A DNA stretch of 63,575 nt, counting the filler, from Chiloscyllium plagiosum (lineage: Eukaryota): assembly GCF_004010195.1 (NCBI RefSeq). It is 5 parts of one record of this genome, joined end to end, with 100 filler letters (N's around TTAATTAATTAA, not from the genome) between each part and the next. Parts side by side here need not be neighbours in the genome. Positions count along the whole stretch, not along the records: positions 60,265 to 63,575 come from NC_057714.1; 4 more parts are not named here. The stretch is one strand, 5' to 3'. The translations under genes and the position numbers were made by a program. The stretch's first letter is position 1; each line of letters starts with the position of its first letter. Shown here piece after piece: positions 62,879 to 63,575 of this stretch. The notes under the pieces were generated by a model. It saw only the letters and a list, made by a program, of their open reading frames with translations. It ran no database searches and was not told the origin of the DNA.

Positions 62879-63427
62879 TTAATCCTTCTGCAGCCTCTTG
62901 TCTCCTCAATATTATCTGTCCCGCCACCTATCTTTATATCAGCTGCAAACTTAGCCAGAATTCCCTCAGTTCCTTCATCCATATCATTAATGTATAAAAC
63001 AAAAAGTTGTGGAACTCCACTACGCACCAGCTTCCATCCTGAGCAGAACCCTTTTATCCCCCCCTCTCTGCTTTCTGCCAGACATTCAAGCTTCTATCCA
63101 TGCTAGCACTTGCCTCTAACACCATGGGCCCTTGTCTTAATCAGCAGCCTCCTGTCCAGCACATTATCAAAGGCCTTCATGAAGTCGAGATAGACAACAT
63201 CCATTGGCTCTCCTTGGTCTAAACTGCTCATTAACTTCTCAAAGAATTCTAACAGATTTGCCAGGCATGACCTCCTCTTGATGAAACCGTGCTGGCTTTG
63301 CCCTATTTTACCTTGCAATTCCAAGTATTCAGAAATCTCATCCTTCACAATGGACTCCAAAATCTTATCAACGACTGAGGTCAGGCTAATCAGCCTATAA
63401 TTTCCCATCTTTTGCCTTTCTCCCTTA

Positions 63428-63575
63428 AAACATAGAACAATACAGCACAGAACAGTCCCTTCGGCCCACGATGTTGTGCCGAACATTTGTCCTAGCTTAA
63501 GCACCCATCCATGTACCTATCCAATTGCCGCTTAAAGGTCACCAAAGATTCTGACTCTACCACTCCCACAGGCAG
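63428..63575 (-). mobile_element. CR1 3' end of another subfamily, running off the window
   Basis: AACATAGAACAATACAGCACAGAACAGTCCCTTCGGCCCAC tail and stem-loop in reverse. Confidence 0.8.

Larger units (their letters stand above)
61892..63425 (-). mobile_element. CR1 LINE ORF2 and 3' end (subfamily of 7870-9715)
   Basis: NYRLISLTSVVDKILES..QHGFIKRRSCLANLLEFF..YLDFMKAFD; LYKALVRPHLEYC. Confidence 0.92.

Noticed and set aside
1..63575. CRISPR array or prokaryotic system
   Set aside because: No regularly spaced repeat-spacer structure or operons; the sequence is vertebrate retroelement-rich DNA.

Overview
Vertebrate (almost certainly shark/elasmobranch) intronic or intergenic DNA from a scaffolded assembly. 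I found no host protein-coding exon I can recognise. By eye, well over half the window is transposable-element debris: many decayed CR1-clade LINEs (HER1-like), about 15 tRNA-derived HE1/V-SINE-like SINEs that share the LINE 3' tail, Rex1/Babar-type LINE fragments, two related PIF/Harbinger remnants, ancient Deu-domain (SacSINE1/AmnSINE-like) SINEs, probable solo LTRs and many Penelope-like element (PLE) fragments. The most striking signal is RNA-structural. At least 15 copies from 4-5 sequence families of PLE-derived repeats carry a minimal type I hammerhead ribozyme core (CUGANGA-stem II-GAAA-palindromic stem III-NUH), and stem II differs between families while staying paired. Many of these copies sit in short fold-back units, some with target-site duplications. 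The window also has a ~283-bp near-perfect inverted duplication, a 240-bp direct duplication around a SINE, a few repeat-free islands with enhancer-like or exon-like motifs, and artificial TTAATTAATTAA linkers inside four N-gaps. Family names come from recognising motifs, not from database searches, and most boundaries are approximate.
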